A stretch of 64,000 bases of DNA from Candidatus Tepidifontimicrobium thermophilum (GTDB lineage: Bacteria; Sysuimicrobiota; Sysuimicrobiia; Sysuimicrobiales; Sysuimicrobiaceae): positions 1 through 64,000 of the forward strand of contig JAVKHO010000010.1 in assembly GCA_031459915.1 (NCBI GenBank). The letters run 5' to 3'. The notes under the pieces are model-generated. The model worked only from the letters and a program-made list of their open reading frames with translations. It did no database searches and was not told where the DNA came from. Shown here piece by piece: positions 20,444 to 30,638 of this stretch (position 1 is its first letter; each line of letters begins with the position of its first letter). Position numbers and translations under genes: made by a program.

Positions 20444-23092
20444 TCAGCCCGCAGGGCAGGCCGCGGAGCGCCGGGCAGCGGACGGCAAGGGCGCGGGCCG
20501 CGCCACGTAGAACCCCTGGGCGCAGTCCGCTCCGAACTCCCGCAGCAGCTGCAGGGTGGACGGGTCCTCCACCCACTCCGCGATCACGAGGCAGCCCAGG
20601 GCGTGGCCCATCTCCACCAGGCTGCGGACCAGGTGCCGGTCGCGGGCGTTGGAGCGCATGTGCCGGACGAAGCTCCCGTCGATCTTGAAGCCGTCCACCT
20701 GCAGGTGGCGCAGGTGTGCGAGGGAGGAGTAGCCCACTCCGAAGTCGTCCAGGACGACGCAGGCCCCTGCCAGTCTGAGGGCCTGGATGAACCGGGCAGC
20801 CTGCTGGAGATCCTGTAAGACAGCCGTCTCGGTAATCTCCACCGCGAGACAGCCCGCGCCCTCGGGGGTAGATTGGAGCAGACCCACGGCGCGTTCCAGG
20901 GCGTGCGGGTCCGAGAGGGTCCGGCCCGAGAAGTTGACGTGGACGTAGCCGGGCAGCCTCCCCGTCAGCTCCAGGGCCCGCCTCAGGACCCACAGGTCCA
21001 GCTCCACCACCAGCCCCGAGCGCTCTACCTCGTGCAAGAACCGGTCGGGGCCTACCCACCGGGAGCTCTCGCGGAAGCGCAGGAGCAGCTCCCACCGGTC
21101 CAGCTGGTCGGTACGCAGGTCCAGGATGGGCTGTGCGAACACCCCCAGCCGGTCCTCCCGCAGGGCCTCCCGGATCCGCTCCGTCCACATCACCCGGCGT
21201 CGGCGCGGCGAGGGGTGCGCTATGGAAAACCCCGGCGGGGACTTGGCCCGGTCCAGGGCGGACTCCGCGGCCCGGAACAGCTCCGTGGCGCCCGAGCGGC
21301 TGCGGCCCAGGACGGCCGCGCCGCACCGCGGCCACACCCGCACCTGTACGCCTGCCACCGCCGCCGGCGCCCGCAGAGCCTGCAGCAGCCTTTCTGCGGT
21401 CCGGCGGGCCACCCTGGCGTCTGCGTCCGGCAGGAGGACTGCGAACCGGTCCCCGCCCACCCGGGCCACCACGTCCGTGCTCCGGACGTGGGCTCTAAGC
21501 GTCTGCGCCACCCACTGCAGGGCCCGGTCCCCCGTGGCGGGGCCGAACTCCTCGTTGACCTGGTGGAAGTCGTTCAGGTCCACCAGGAGCACCGCGGGCC
21601 TGTGGCGGGCCTGCAGCCGGGCGCTGAGCTGGTGGAGGAACTCTTCACGGTTGGCAACACCCGTGAGCGGGTCGTGGCGGGACAGGTAGGAAACCTGGTC
21701 CTGTAAGGCCCGGCGCGTCGTGTAGTCCACCACGCACCCGTCGTAGTACAGGGGCCGCCCGTCGGGCCCGAAGACCGTCCGCGCGGATTCCAGCACCCAC
21801 ACAAGCTGTCCGTCCGCGCGCCGCATCCGCGTCTCGAAATCGTCCACCCGGCCGGCGGTGTCCATGAGCTGGCGCCACCGCTCGCGGTCCTGGGGATCCG
21901 CATATACGTCCTGGGCTTTCAGGGCCATCAGGGCTTCAGGGCTCGGGTAGCCCAGCAGCTGTGCCAGGAACCGGTTCGCCTGCAGCACCGTGCCGTCGGG
22001 CGTACTCCGGTACAGCCCTACGGGGACCCGGGCGAACAGGTCCTGGTAGCTGGTGTGGTCCCGCACCCGCTCGGTGGCCACCGCGATCACCGGCCTTGTG
22101 GCCTCGCAGGCCTGAAGGTCAGCGGGATCGAGCTGGACCGGGGAACGGTAGTCCATCACCAGACAGCCCGTGATGCGGGCTTCGGAAGTCAGGGGGACCA
22201 GGACGAGCGACCGCACTCCTGCTCGGTCCAGGACTGGCGAAACCCGAAAGGGGAGGTCGGGGGTCTTGAGGTCCTGGACCCAGGACACCCTTCCGTGAGC
22301 CACCGCCCACGCCCCGCACCACGCGTCCTGGGGCAGCACGGGGAGCACGGTCCCCGGAAGGAACGCCGGGGGATCGCCTCGGGACGCGACCAGTTCCAGG
22401 TAGGTGCCGGTGGGCTCTACCACGAACAGGCTCAGCCCGTCCGGCCGGAGCTGCTTGCCCAGGGTGGCGTGGATCTCGTCCACCACCTGTTGCCAGGACG
22501 TGCAACCCAACAGGCGCGTGGCCACCCCCGCGGTGAGGCGGAGGTCGTGGCCCGCGCGCTGGCGGTCCAGGGCCGCTCCCAGGAGGCGGGCCGCGAGCCT
22601 CAGAGCCGAGATCTCTTCAGGAGCCCACGCACGGTCCTCCCAGCAGTCGTCGAACCCCACGAACCCCCACCACCGGCCGTGGGCGAAGATGGGGACCGCC
22701 GCCAGGGACCGGATCTGCTGGGCTTCCAGTACGGCCCGCTCGGCAGGAGGGAAGTCGCGGACCAGCCCGTACACTGGCTGGCCTTCCCGCATGAGCCGCA
22801 CCCACCGGCCGAACCCGCCTTCCTCCCAGGGGAAGTCCTGGAGGTCGGGGTTGTCCGTCTGCGGCTCGATCCCCGGCGCGCACCACTCGTGCCGCTGGCT
22901 GGTGAGCAGGGTTCCGTCTGCGCCCACGTGGTTTTCGAACACGTACACGCGGCTTACGCCTGCGGCCTCGCCCAGCAGCCTCAGGGGCTCCTCGCAGTTC
23001 CCCTCCTCGCACGCAGGGCTGGCCAGCAGCCACTCCGCCATCCGCAGGCAGGCTTGGAGGATCTCCGCCGCCCGCTCCGTCCGTTCCGGCAC
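20444..23092 (-). CDS. GAF-GAF-PAS-GGDEF-EAL protein; likely c-di-GMP phosphodiesterase
   Basis: GAF (VSRVYVFEN..WWGFVGFDDC), PAS, degenerate GGDRF, ELLLR, VEITET, DDFGVGYSS, KIDGSFV, QGFY. Confidence 0.9.
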   Translation of the reverse strand: MPERTERAAEILQACLRMAEWLLASPACEEGNCEEPLRLLGEAAGVSRVYVFENHVGADGTLLTSQRHEWCAPGIEPQTDNPDLQDFPWEEGGFGRWVRLMREGQPVYGLVRDFPPAERAVLEAQQIRSLAAVPIFAHGRWWGFVGFDDCWEDRAWAPEEISALRLAARLLGAALDRQRAGHDLRLTAGVATRLLGCTSWQQVVDEIHATLGKQLRPDGLSLFVVEPTGTYLELVASRGDPPAFLPGTVLPVLPQDAWCGAWAVAHGRVSWVQDLKTPDLPFRVSPVLDRAGVRSLVLVPLTSEARITGCLVMDYRSPVQLDPADLQACEATRPVIAVATERVRDHTSYQDLFARVPVGLYRSTPDGTVLQANRFLAQLLGYPSPEALMALKAQDVYADPQDRERWRQLMDTAGRVDDFETRMRRADGQLVWVLESARTVFGPDGRPLYYDGCVVDYTTRRALQDQVSYLSRHDPLTGVANREEFLHQLSARLQARHRPAVLLVDLNDFHQVNEEFGPATGDRALQWVAQTLRAHVRSTDVVARVGGDRFAVLLPDADARVARRTAERLLQALRAPAAVAGVQVRVWPRCGAAVLGRSRSGATELFRAAESALDRAKSPPGFSIAHPSPRRRRVMWTERIREALREDRLGVFAQPILDLRTDQLDRWELLLRFRESSRWVGPDRFLHEVERSGLVVELDLWVLRRALELTGRLPGYVHVNFSGRTLSDPHALERAVGLLQSTPEGAGCLAVEITETAVLQDLQQAARFIQALRLAGACVVLDDFGVGYSSLAHLRHLQVDGFKIDGSFVRHMRSNARDRHLVRSLVEMGHALGCLVIAEWVEDPSTLQLLREFGADCAQGFYVARPAPLPSAARRSAACPAG

Positions 23093-23097
23093 GGTTC

Positions 23098-24270
23098 TTA
23101 CCCCCTGGCCAGGTCGGGAGCAAGTCGTGTGCCCTCAGGGACAGAGGTCGTAGTGGGACCGGGGGCCCGCGCGAACTCCACCCGGTTCTTGCCCAGGGTC
23201 TTCGCGCGGTACAGGGCGTCGTCCGCTCGGGTGAGCAGCTCCTGGGCGGTGAACCCGTCTTCCGGGTAGCAGGCAGCACCCAGGCTGACGGTGACGGACC
23301 CCCACGGGAGCAGCTCGGCCCCGGGCAAGGGCAAAGACGCCACCGCGCTGCGGATCCGCTCCAGCACGCGGGCGCCGTCGTGAGGGTTGGTGTCCACCAG
23401 CACCACGGTGAACTCCTCCCCGCCGTACCGGGCCACCAGGTCACTGCGGCGCACGCAACAGCGCATGGCGTCTGCTACCCGGCGCAGGACCTCGTCCCCG
23501 GCCAGGTGGCCCTGGGTGTCGTTGTACAGCTTGAAGTCGTCCAGGTCCACCATGGCCACCAGGACGGGGGTGTGCTGCCGCTGTGCCCGTGCGAGCTGTT
23601 GTGCGAGGAACTCCTCCAAGTAGCGGCGGTTGTGCACGCCCGTGAGGGGGTCCCGAAGGGCCAGGTCCGCCAGCCGGCGGTTGGCCTCCTCCAGCTGTCG
23701 GGCCAGCTGCTTGGACCTCTCCCGCTGTCTCCGGAACCGCTCGGACGCCACGCTGCACATCACCGACGCGAACGCCACCGCGAAGATCACCACGAGCTCC
23801 TGGCGCAGGTAGAAACCGGGACTGCCGCTCGCCACCCACAGGTACGTGGCCAGGTACAGGGCCGTAAGGCCCAGCAGCGGCCAGACGGCGCCGAAGCCCG
23901 CCACCAGCCCGAGCGAACCCAGCCAGCCGTGCACGAGGACCCACCGGGCGTCCGGGACCGCCCGCATGTACAGGTTTAAGAGGACGACCGTGACCAGCAG
24001 GGGCAGGTACACGAAGTGGGGGTCCCACGATCGCACCGCCCGGGTGGCCCCAGTTACCGCCATCACATACAGGCCCCCCACCGCCGCGGCGGTGAGGATT
24101 ACCAGCTGTCCCAGCACCGCGGGGGCGATCGGGTAACCCCAGAGCCGGCTGGCCAGCACCACCACGCCCAGGGCGGTGCCGTAGCCCAGGGCCGACACCA
24201 GGATGCCCCGGGCCTGGGCCTGCCGGCGGCGGCCCTCGGGGTCGGAGGCTGGCGACCCCAGAGATCGCAT
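23098..24270 (-). CDS. Membrane-bound diguanylate cyclase
   Basis: About 6 TM helices, coiled coil, DPLTG, DLDDFK, RxxD I-site, RYGGEEF, GKNRV. Confidence 0.92.
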   Translation of the reverse strand: MRSLGSPASDPEGRRRQAQARGILVSALGYGTALGVVVLASRLWGYPIAPAVLGQLVILTAAAVGGLYVMAVTGATRAVRSWDPHFVYLPLLVTVVLLNLYMRAVPDARWVLVHGWLGSLGLVAGFGAVWPLLGLTALYLATYLWVASGSPGFYLRQELVVIFAVAFASVMCSVASERFRRQRERSKQLARQLEEANRRLADLALRDPLTGVHNRRYLEEFLAQQLARAQRQHTPVLVAMVDLDDFKLYNDTQGHLAGDEVLRRVADAMRCCVRRSDLVARYGGEEFTVVLVDTNPHDGARVLERIRSAVASLPLPGAELLPWGSVTVSLGAACYPEDGFTAQELLTRADDALYRAKTLGKNRVEFARAPGPTTTSVPEGTRLAPDLARG

Positions 24271-24285
24271 CAACGGACGTGCTTG

Positions 24286-24300
24286 GCAAGAACCGTGCCA
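24286..24300 (-). promoter_or_regulatory. Sigma-54-like -24/-12 element ahead of the diguanylate cyclase
   Basis: Minus strand TGGCACGGTTCTTGC matches TGGCACG-N4-TTGC. Confidence 0.4.
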
Positions 24301-24422
24301 CGTGCAGCACTTGCGCCGCCGGGCCCGGCTAGGCGATCTTATATTCACCAGCCACGGTGGATGTGGGGCACCCGTCCCGCGCGCGGCGGCTTTGCCCTGG
24401 GCAGCTTTTCGGAGGTAAGCCG

Positions 24423-25571
24423 GTGACTGGCGGAGAAGGCTACGTGCTGCCCGCTGCGGACCTGACGCAGCTACTGGACGCTCTCGCCCGGCGGGGCTAC
24501 GTCCTCGTGGGGCCCACGGTGCGGGAGGCCGCCATCGTGTACGACCGAATTCGGTCGGCCGCAGACCTGCCGGTGGGCCTCACGGACGAGCAGGAGGCCG
24601 GGCGCTACCGGCTACGGCCCCGACAGGACGCCGCCTACTTCGGTTACGCGGTCGGGCCCCACTCGTGGAAGCGCTTCCTGCACCCCCCCGAGCGGCTGCT
24701 GTGGAAGGCGGTGCGGGACGACCAGGCGTTCCGGCTGGAAGTGTCTCCCCCAGACGGCGTCCGGTATGCGTTCGTCGGGGTCAGGGCGTGCGAGCTGGCC
24801 GCGCTGCAGGTCCTAGACCGCGTGTTTTCGGGCGGTCCCTACGTGGATGCGCTTTACCGGACGCGACGGGAGGACAGTTTCGTGGTGGCGGTCCACTGCG
24901 GGCAGGCGGGGGGTACGTGCTTCTGCGCCTCCATGGGCACGGGCCCCCACTGCGCCGGCGGCTACGATCTCGCGCTCACGGAGATCCTCGAGGGCGAACA
25001 CCGCTTCTACCTGGAAGTCGGGACGTCCAGGGGGGAAGAAGTCCGGCGGGAGGTGCCCTGCCGGGCAGCCACGGAGGAGGACCGGCAGGCCGCCGCCCGG
25101 GCGGTGGCCCAGGCGGTCTCTCAGATGGGGCGCCAGCTGGACACTTCGAATCTGCGGGACCTGCTGGTCCGGAACCTGGAACACCCGCGGTGGGACGAGG
25201 TGGCCGGCCGCTGCCTGAGCTGCGGGAACTGCACGCTGGTCTGTCCCACGTGCTTCTGCTTCACCGTGGAGGATACCACGGACCTGTCGGGCGAGGTGGC
25301 GGAGCGCCGGGCGCGGTGGGACTCCTGCTTCACCCTGGGCTTCAGTTATCTCCACGGCGGGAGCGTGCGCAGCACCGTCCGGGCCCGCTACCGTCAGTGG
25401 CTCACGCACAAACTCGCCACGTGGTGGGACCAGTTCGGGACCTCCGGGTGCGTGGGGTGCGGGCGGTGTATCACGTGGTGCCCGGTGGGCATCGACCTGA
25501 CCGAGGAGGTGGCCGCCATCCGCTTGACGGACGGGGCGCGGGCGGCGGAGGGGTCCGTTGAAGGAGCTTGA
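24423..25571 (+). CDS. Group 3b [NiFe]-hydrogenase beta (Fe-S) subunit
   Basis: GVRACE, CGQAGGTCFC, CLSCGNCTLVCPTCFC, GCVGCGRCITWCP; GGAGGT RBS. Confidence 0.9.
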   Translation: MTGGEGYVLPAADLTQLLDALARRGYVLVGPTVREAAIVYDRIRSAADLPVGLTDEQEAGRYRLRPRQDAAYFGYAVGPHSWKRFLHPPERLLWKAVRDDQAFRLEVSPPDGVRYAFVGVRACELAALQVLDRVFSGGPYVDALYRTRREDSFVVAVHCGQAGGTCFCASMGTGPHCAGGYDLALTEILEGEHRFYLEVGTSRGEEVRREVPCRAATEEDRQAAARAVAQAVSQMGRQLDTSNLRDLLVRNLEHPRWDEVAGRCLSCGNCTLVCPTCFCFTVEDTTDLSGEVAERRARWDSCFTLGFSYLHGGSVRSTVRARYRQWLTHKLATWWDQFGTSGCVGCGRCITWCPVGIDLTEEVAAIRLTDGARAAEGSVEGA

Positions 25572-26040
25572 GATGCTGCTGGCGGAGCAGCCGTTCTTCC
25601 GCGGCATGGCCGCGGAGTACCTCCGGCTGTTCGCGGGCTGCGCGTCCAACGTCCGATTCGAGGAGGGCGCCTACCTGTTCCGGGAGGGGGAGCCCGCCGA
25701 CTGCTTCTACCTCATCCGGCACGGCCAGGTGGCGCTGGAACTGCACGTCCCGGAGAAGGGGAAGGTGGTCGTCCAGACGCTGGGAGAAGGAGACGTGGTG
25801 GGCTGGTCGTGGATCGTCCCCCCGTACCGGTGGGCCTTCGACGCGCGGGCGCTGGGGCTGGTGCGGGCGGTGTCCTTCGACGCGGCCTGCCTGCGCCGCA
25901 AGGCTGAGGAGGACCCGGCGCTGGGCTACGAGCTCCTCAAACGGCTGGTGCCAGTGATCGTGGAGCGCCTGCAGGCTACCCGCCTGCAGCTGCTGGACCT
26001 CTATGGTGACCCTGCAGCCCGTGTGCGCAGTCCCGCTTGA
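25558..26040 (+). CDS. Stand-alone cyclic-nucleotide-binding (Crp-like, no HTH) protein
   Basis: LFREGEPADCFYLIRHGQV, GDVVGWSW; about 160 aa, no DNA-binding domain. Confidence 0.85.
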   Translation: MKELEMLLAEQPFFRGMAAEYLRLFAGCASNVRFEEGAYLFREGEPADCFYLIRHGQVALELHVPEKGKVVVQTLGEGDVVGWSWIVPPYRWAFDARALGLVRAVSFDAACLRRKAEEDPALGYELLKRLVPVIVERLQATRLQLLDLYGDPAARVRSPA

Positions 26041-26854
26041 CTGGTCGGTGCCGCGGGCCACGGCGGTCGTCCGCGTCCGACGCGAGACGCCGGACACCTG
26101 GACCCTGTACCTGCGGCCGCCCGACGGTGTCTTCGCCTTCGAGCCGGGACAGTTCAACATGCTGTACGCCTTCGGAGTCGGGGAGGTGCCCATTTCCATC
26201 AGCGGCGACCCCTCGCAGGCCGACCTGGTCGTGCACACCGTCCGAGCTGTAGGGGCGGTCACCACCGCCCTCTCGCGGCTGCGGGCGGGCCAGGGGTTGG
26301 GCCTGCGGGGCCCTTTCGGGACGGGCTGGCCGATCCAGGAAGCGGAGGGCAAGGACGTGCTGGTGGTGGCGGGTGGCATCGGCCTCGCCCCGCTGCGCCC
26401 GCTCGTGTACCTGTTGCTGCGACAGCGCCAGCGGTACGGCAGGGTCGCGATCCTGTACGGTGCCCGGACGCCACAGGACGTCCTGTACCGCGCAGACCTG
26501 CAGCGGTGGCGGGCCCGCCTGGACGTCCGGGTGGAGGTCACGGTGGACCGGGCCGGACGGGACTGGCGCGGGTGGGTGGGCGTGGTGACCCGCCTGATTC
26601 CGCGGGCGGGGATAGAACCGGGCGAGACCGTGGCCTTCCTCTGTGGCCCGGAGGTGATGATGCGTTTTGCCGTGCGGGAACTGGAGACCCTGGGCGTGCC
26701 CCGGCAGGCCACCTTCCTTTCGGTAGAGCGCAACATGATGTGCGCGGTGGGACTGTGCGGGCACTGTCAGTTCGGCGGCTCGTTTGTGTGCCGACAGGGA
26801 CCCGTGTTCCGCTACAGCGACATCGAGGACCGGTTCCGGGTGCGGGAGCTGTGA
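26003..26854 (+). CDS. Group 3b hydrogenase gamma (FAD/NAD(P)-binding, 2Fe-2S) subunit
   Basis: [45 protein letters not shown]...C. Confidence 0.92.
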   Translation: MVTLQPVCAVPLDWSVPRATAVVRVRRETPDTWTLYLRPPDGVFAFEPGQFNMLYAFGVGEVPISISGDPSQADLVVHTVRAVGAVTTALSRLRAGQGLGLRGPFGTGWPIQEAEGKDVLVVAGGIGLAPLRPLVYLLLRQRQRYGRVAILYGARTPQDVLYRADLQRWRARLDVRVEVTVDRAGRDWRGWVGVVTRLIPRAGIEPGETVAFLCGPEVMMRFAVRELETLGVPRQATFLSVERNMMCAVGLCGHCQFGGSFVCRQGPVFRYSDIEDRFRVREL

Positions 26855-27630
26855 GGGCGCGCAGGCCGAAGCTGGCGGTGTGGAAGTTCGCCTCGTGCGA
26901 CGGCTGCCAGCTGAGCTTGCTGAACTGCGAGGACGAGCTGCTGGCCCTGGCGGACCGGGTCGAGATCGCCTACTTCCTGGAGGCGTCCCGGGCCGTGGTC
27001 CGGGGTCCCTACGACCTCTCCCTCGTGGAAGGGTCCATCAGCACGCCCCACGACGCGGAGCGCATCCGCCGTATCCGCCGGACCTCCCGGTACCTGGTCA
27101 CCATCGGCGCCTGCGCCACCGCGGGGGGGATCCAGGCCCTGCGAAACTTCGCCGACTCCCAGGAGTTCCTCTCCCTGGTGTACGCCAGGCCAGAGTACAT
27201 CCGGACCCTGGAGCGCAGCAGCCCGGTGGCCGACCACGTCCCCGTGGACTTCGAACTCCGGGGCTGCCCCGTGGACCGCAAGCTGGTGCTGGAAGTGCTC
27301 TCTGCGTTCCTCGTGGGGCGCCGGCCCCGGGTGCCGACCCACAGCGTCTGCATGGAGTGCAAGCGGAGGGGGGCGGTGTGTGTGATGGTGGCCCGCGGCA
27401 CCCCCTGCCTGGGACCGGTCACCCAGGCGGGCTGCGGCGCCCTGTGCCCGGCGGTCGGAAGGGGCTGCTACGGGTGCTTCGGGCCGGCGGAGACGGCCCA
27501 CACCGGGTCCCTGGCCCGTGTGTGGTACCAGCTGGGCAGCCGCCCGCAGGACGTGGGGCGGGCCTTCCGGACCTTCAACGCGGCCGCTCCCGCCTTCCAG
27601 GCCGAGAGCGAAAGGCACGGGCATGTCTGA
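26851..27630 (+). CDS. Group 3b hydrogenase small (delta) subunit
   Basis: [42 protein letters not shown]. Confidence 0.92.
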   Translation: MRARRPKLAVWKFASCDGCQLSLLNCEDELLALADRVEIAYFLEASRAVVRGPYDLSLVEGSISTPHDAERIRRIRRTSRYLVTIGACATAGGIQALRNFADSQEFLSLVYARPEYIRTLERSSPVADHVPVDFELRGCPVDRKLVLEVLSAFLVGRRPRVPTHSVCMECKRRGAVCVMVARGTPCLGPVTQAGCGALCPAVGRGCYGCFGPAETAHTGSLARVWYQLGSRPQDVGRAFRTFNAAAPAFQAESERHGHV

Positions 27631-28918
27631 GCGGCGGACGCGGACGGTCCGGGTGGACGCCCTGGCCAGGGTCGAAGGGGAAGGTCGCCTGTGGGTGCGC
27701 GTGCGCGGGAACCGGGTGGAGGAAGCCCGGCTGGACATCTACGAGCCTCCCCGCTTCTTCGAGGCCCTCCTCCGCGGGCGGGACTTCCGCGAGGTAGTGG
27801 ACATCACCGCCCGCATCTGCGGCATCTGCCCTTGGGCCTACCAGATGAGCGCCGCCCAGGCCATGGAGGACGCGTGCGGGGTGGCGGTACCACAAGCCGT
27901 GCGGGACCTGCGGCGGCTGGTTTACTGCGGGGAGTGGATCGAGAGCCACGCCCTCCACGTGTACCTGCTGCACGCACCGGACTTCCTCGGCTACGACAGC
28001 GCCGTCCAGATGGCCCGGGACCACCCGGAGGCGGTCCGCCGCGGGCTGGAGCTGAAGAAGATCGGCAACCAGGTCATGAGCCTAGTGGCGGGCCGATCCG
28101 TGCACCCGGTCAACGCCCGTGTGGGAGGCTTCTACCGGGTACCCACCCGGGAGGAGATGAAGGCCTTGGAAGAGCCCCTCCGGCGGGCTGTGGACCTGGC
28201 GGAACAGACGGTGCGCTGGGTGGCCGGCTTCCCATTTCCCACCGTGGAGCGCGACACCGAGTACGTGGCCCTGCAGCACCCCGAGGAGTACCCCATCCTC
28301 CAGGGAAAGGTCGTCTCCTCCAGTGGGCTCGAGCTGGACGTTCGCGAGTACGAGCAGCACTTCGAAGAGGTACAGGTGCCGCATTCGAACGCCCTCCACA
28401 GCCTGCTCCACGGCCGCCCCTACGTGGTGGGGCCGGTGGCCCGGTTCAACCTGAACTTCGACCGCCTCACACCGCGGGCGCGTGCCCTGGCCCGGGAGGT
28501 GGGGGTGCTGCCGCCCTGCCGGAACCCGTTCCGGAGCATCGTGGTGCGCAGCTTGGAGATCCTGTACGCGTGTGAGGAGGCCCTGCGTCTGGTGGAGGGA
28601 TACCGACCACCGGAGGAGCCGGCGGTGGAAGTCCATCCCCGGGAGGCCACGGGATACGGGTGCACCGAAGCGCCACGAGGAATTCTCTACCACCGCTACC
28701 ACATCGACGGTTCCGGCACCGTCCGAGAGGCGAAGATCGTGCCCCCCACCTCTCAGAACCAGCGGTCGATAGAAGAGGACCTGCGGGACTTCGTGGAGAG
28801 CCACCTCCACCTCCCGGACCCCGAACTCACCTGGCGGTGCGAGCAGGTGGTCCGCAACTACGACCCCTGTATCTCGTGCGCCACTCACTTCCTGCGGCTG
28901 GAGGTGGTGCGGGAGTGA
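27623..28918 (+). CDS. Group 3b [NiFe]-hydrogenase large (alpha) subunit
   Basis: RVEGEG, L1 RICGIC, EAPRG, L2 [10 protein letters not shown] plus cleavable C-terminal tail. Confidence 0.95.
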   Translation: MSERRTRTVRVDALARVEGEGRLWVRVRGNRVEEARLDIYEPPRFFEALLRGRDFREVVDITARICGICPWAYQMSAAQAMEDACGVAVPQAVRDLRRLVYCGEWIESHALHVYLLHAPDFLGYDSAVQMARDHPEAVRRGLELKKIGNQVMSLVAGRSVHPVNARVGGFYRVPTREEMKALEEPLRRAVDLAEQTVRWVAGFPFPTVERDTEYVALQHPEEYPILQGKVVSSSGLELDVREYEQHFEEVQVPHSNALHSLLHGRPYVVGPVARFNLNFDRLTPRARALAREVGVLPPCRNPFRSIVVRSLEILYACEEALRLVEGYRPPEEPAVEVHPREATGYGCTEAPRGILYHRYHIDGSGTVREAKIVPPTSQNQRSIEEDLRDFVESHLHLPDPELTWRCEQVVRNYDPCISCATHFLRLEVVRE

Positions 28919-29379
28919 GGGTCTTGGTGGCCGGGGTCGGCAACCTAGACCGCACCGACGACGGGGTCGGCGTGGTGGCGGCAGGGCTCGCCGCGGATCA
29001 GCTCCCCTCGGAGGTGGAGGTCCGGGAAAGCGTGCGACCCCTGGACCTTTTGGAGCTGTGGGGTAGCTTCGACGCGGTGTACGTACTGGACGGGGTGGTG
29101 TCGGGTGCCCCACCGGGCACCGTGCACCGCTGGGAGCTCGCGGAAGGCCGCGTGCTGTCGGCTTCCCCCGGGGTCTCGACGCACGGTCTTGGGGTCGCGG
29201 AGGTGGTGGAGCTCGGCCGGGCGCTGGGCAGGCTCCCGCCCGTCCTGGTGGTGTACGGCGTGGAGGTGGCTTCCCTCCGACCCGGCCAGGTGCTGACCCC
29301 GGAGGTGCGGCGGGGTGCGGAGGAAGCTGCTTGGCAGCTGGCCCAGGAGGTGGCAGCCGCACGGGCGCGCAGACAGTAG
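28915..29379 (+). CDS. Hydrogenase maturation protease
   Basis: [19 protein letters not shown]. Confidence 0.92.
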   Translation: MRVLVAGVGNLDRTDDGVGVVAAGLAADQLPSEVEVRESVRPLDLLELWGSFDAVYVLDGVVSGAPPGTVHRWELAEGRVLSASPGVSTHGLGVAEVVELGRALGRLPPVLVVYGVEVASLRPGQVLTPEVRRGAEEAAWQLAQEVAAARARRQ

Positions 29380-29389
29380 GAGGCCCAGG

Positions 29390-29653
29390 GTGCACGAACG
29401 CGGTTTAGTCCAGGCCCTAGTCCGCAGGTTGGAGGAGGTGGCGCGCTCACAGGGGGCCGTGCGGGTGACCGCGGTGCGGGTGCGGTTGGGGCCGTTGGCG
29501 GGTGTTTCCCAGGAGCACTTCCGCGAGCACTTCCAGGAACTGACCCGCGGCACCGTGGCAGAAAGGTGCCGGCTGGAAATCCTGGCGGACGAGTCCCTGG
29601 AGCCCCGCGGGCTGGAGGGAGTCATGGTGGAGTCGGTGGACCTGGAGGGATGA
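29390..29653 (+). CDS. hypA: Short HypA nickel chaperone lacking Zn-finger
   Basis: MHE N-terminus, VRVRLGPLAGV, GTVAE; no CxxC pairs. Confidence 0.75.
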   Translation: MHERGLVQALVRRLEEVARSQGAVRVTAVRVRLGPLAGVSQEHFREHFQELTRGTVAERCRLEILADESLEPRGLEGVMVESVDLEG

Positions 29654-29656
29654 ACG

Positions 29657-29896
29657 GTGTGCGCGGTGTTGCCTGCCCGGGTGGTGTCGGTGCGGGAGAC
29701 CGAAGGGGCTTTCCCGGTGGCGACGGTGGACGTGGGCGGCCGGCTGCTGGAACTTGCGGTGGTCACGCCGGAAGCCCTCGAAGCCGGCGACTGGGCGCTG
29801 GTCCACGTGGGAATGGTGGTGGCCCGGGTGGCCGAGCGGGAAGCCCGGGAGCTCCGCCGGCTGTTGGCCCCGGGGGAGGTCGCCCGTGAGCCGTGA
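29657..29896 (+). CDS. hypC: HypC/HupF chaperone
   Basis: MC..P start, GDWALVHVG. Confidence 0.85.
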   Translation: MCAVLPARVVSVRETEGAFPVATVDVGGRLLELAVVTPEALEAGDWALVHVGMVVARVAEREARELRRLLAPGEVAREP

Positions 29897-30638
29897 AGGG
29901 GCCCTGATGGCGGCCCGCTTCGCCTTCATGCCGAACCGGCTCGGGTACTGCGGCCCGGACGAAAACCGTGCCCTTCTCGACTACCTGGCCCAGGGCGCGT
30001 GGGATCGGGGTCTGGAGGAGATCCTGTCCCGCTTCCGCGCGGCCTTTCCCTACTACGCGTTCATCGCCGACGCCAGCGGGATCGGGGACCCTTTCGACCT
30101 CCGGGTGGTGGAGGCGTACTGGATCGGCAACGAGCTGCTGGAGCGCGTGCGGGTCCGGGAGTTCCGCCGGTTCCTGGAAGAGCGCTTCGGTACGCGGCTC
30201 TCGCGCGCTCAACTGGGTCACCTACTCGGTTGGGTGCCGGACGGGGCGCGTCCCCACCACACGTTTCACGCACTGGGCGTTCCTGCCCGCACCGCCCACG
30301 GGGCCCTCCCCCACACCGTGGAGGTGGCGGACCAATGCCGCATCTCCTGGGGTCGCGTGATCCTGACGGAGGGTGCCACGGTGGTGGTGGAGCGACGGCC
30401 GCTTTGCCTGGACAAGGGCCGGGTGGTGCTGGGCTCTCCTTCGCCCGTCCGTGCCTTCGTGCGGTTCGACGGGAAGTCCCTGGCGGGCCCGGTGTTGCCG
30501 GGAGACGTGGTGGCCCTACACTGGGGCTGTGCGTGCTGGAAGCTGTCCCCTAGACAGCTGAAGTCCTTGATCCACTACACGCGGCTGCACCTGCAGTTGT
30601 TGAACCGTCACTTAAGCCGGTCCGGTTTGCTGGAGTGA
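29886..30638 (+). CDS. Conserved hypothetical protein of hydrogenase clusters (DUF6390-like)
   Basis: FAFMPNRLGYCGP, VVEAYWIGN, PHHTFH, CRISWG, ALHWG..C. Confidence 0.7.
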   Translation: MSREGALMAARFAFMPNRLGYCGPDENRALLDYLAQGAWDRGLEEILSRFRAAFPYYAFIADASGIGDPFDLRVVEAYWIGNELLERVRVREFRRFLEERFGTRLSRAQLGHLLGWVPDGARPHHTFHALGVPARTAHGALPHTVEVADQCRISWGRVILTEGATVVVERRPLCLDKGRVVLGSPSPVRAFVRFDGKSLAGPVLPGDVVALHWGCACWKLSPRQLKSLIHYTRLHLQLLNRHLSRSGLLE

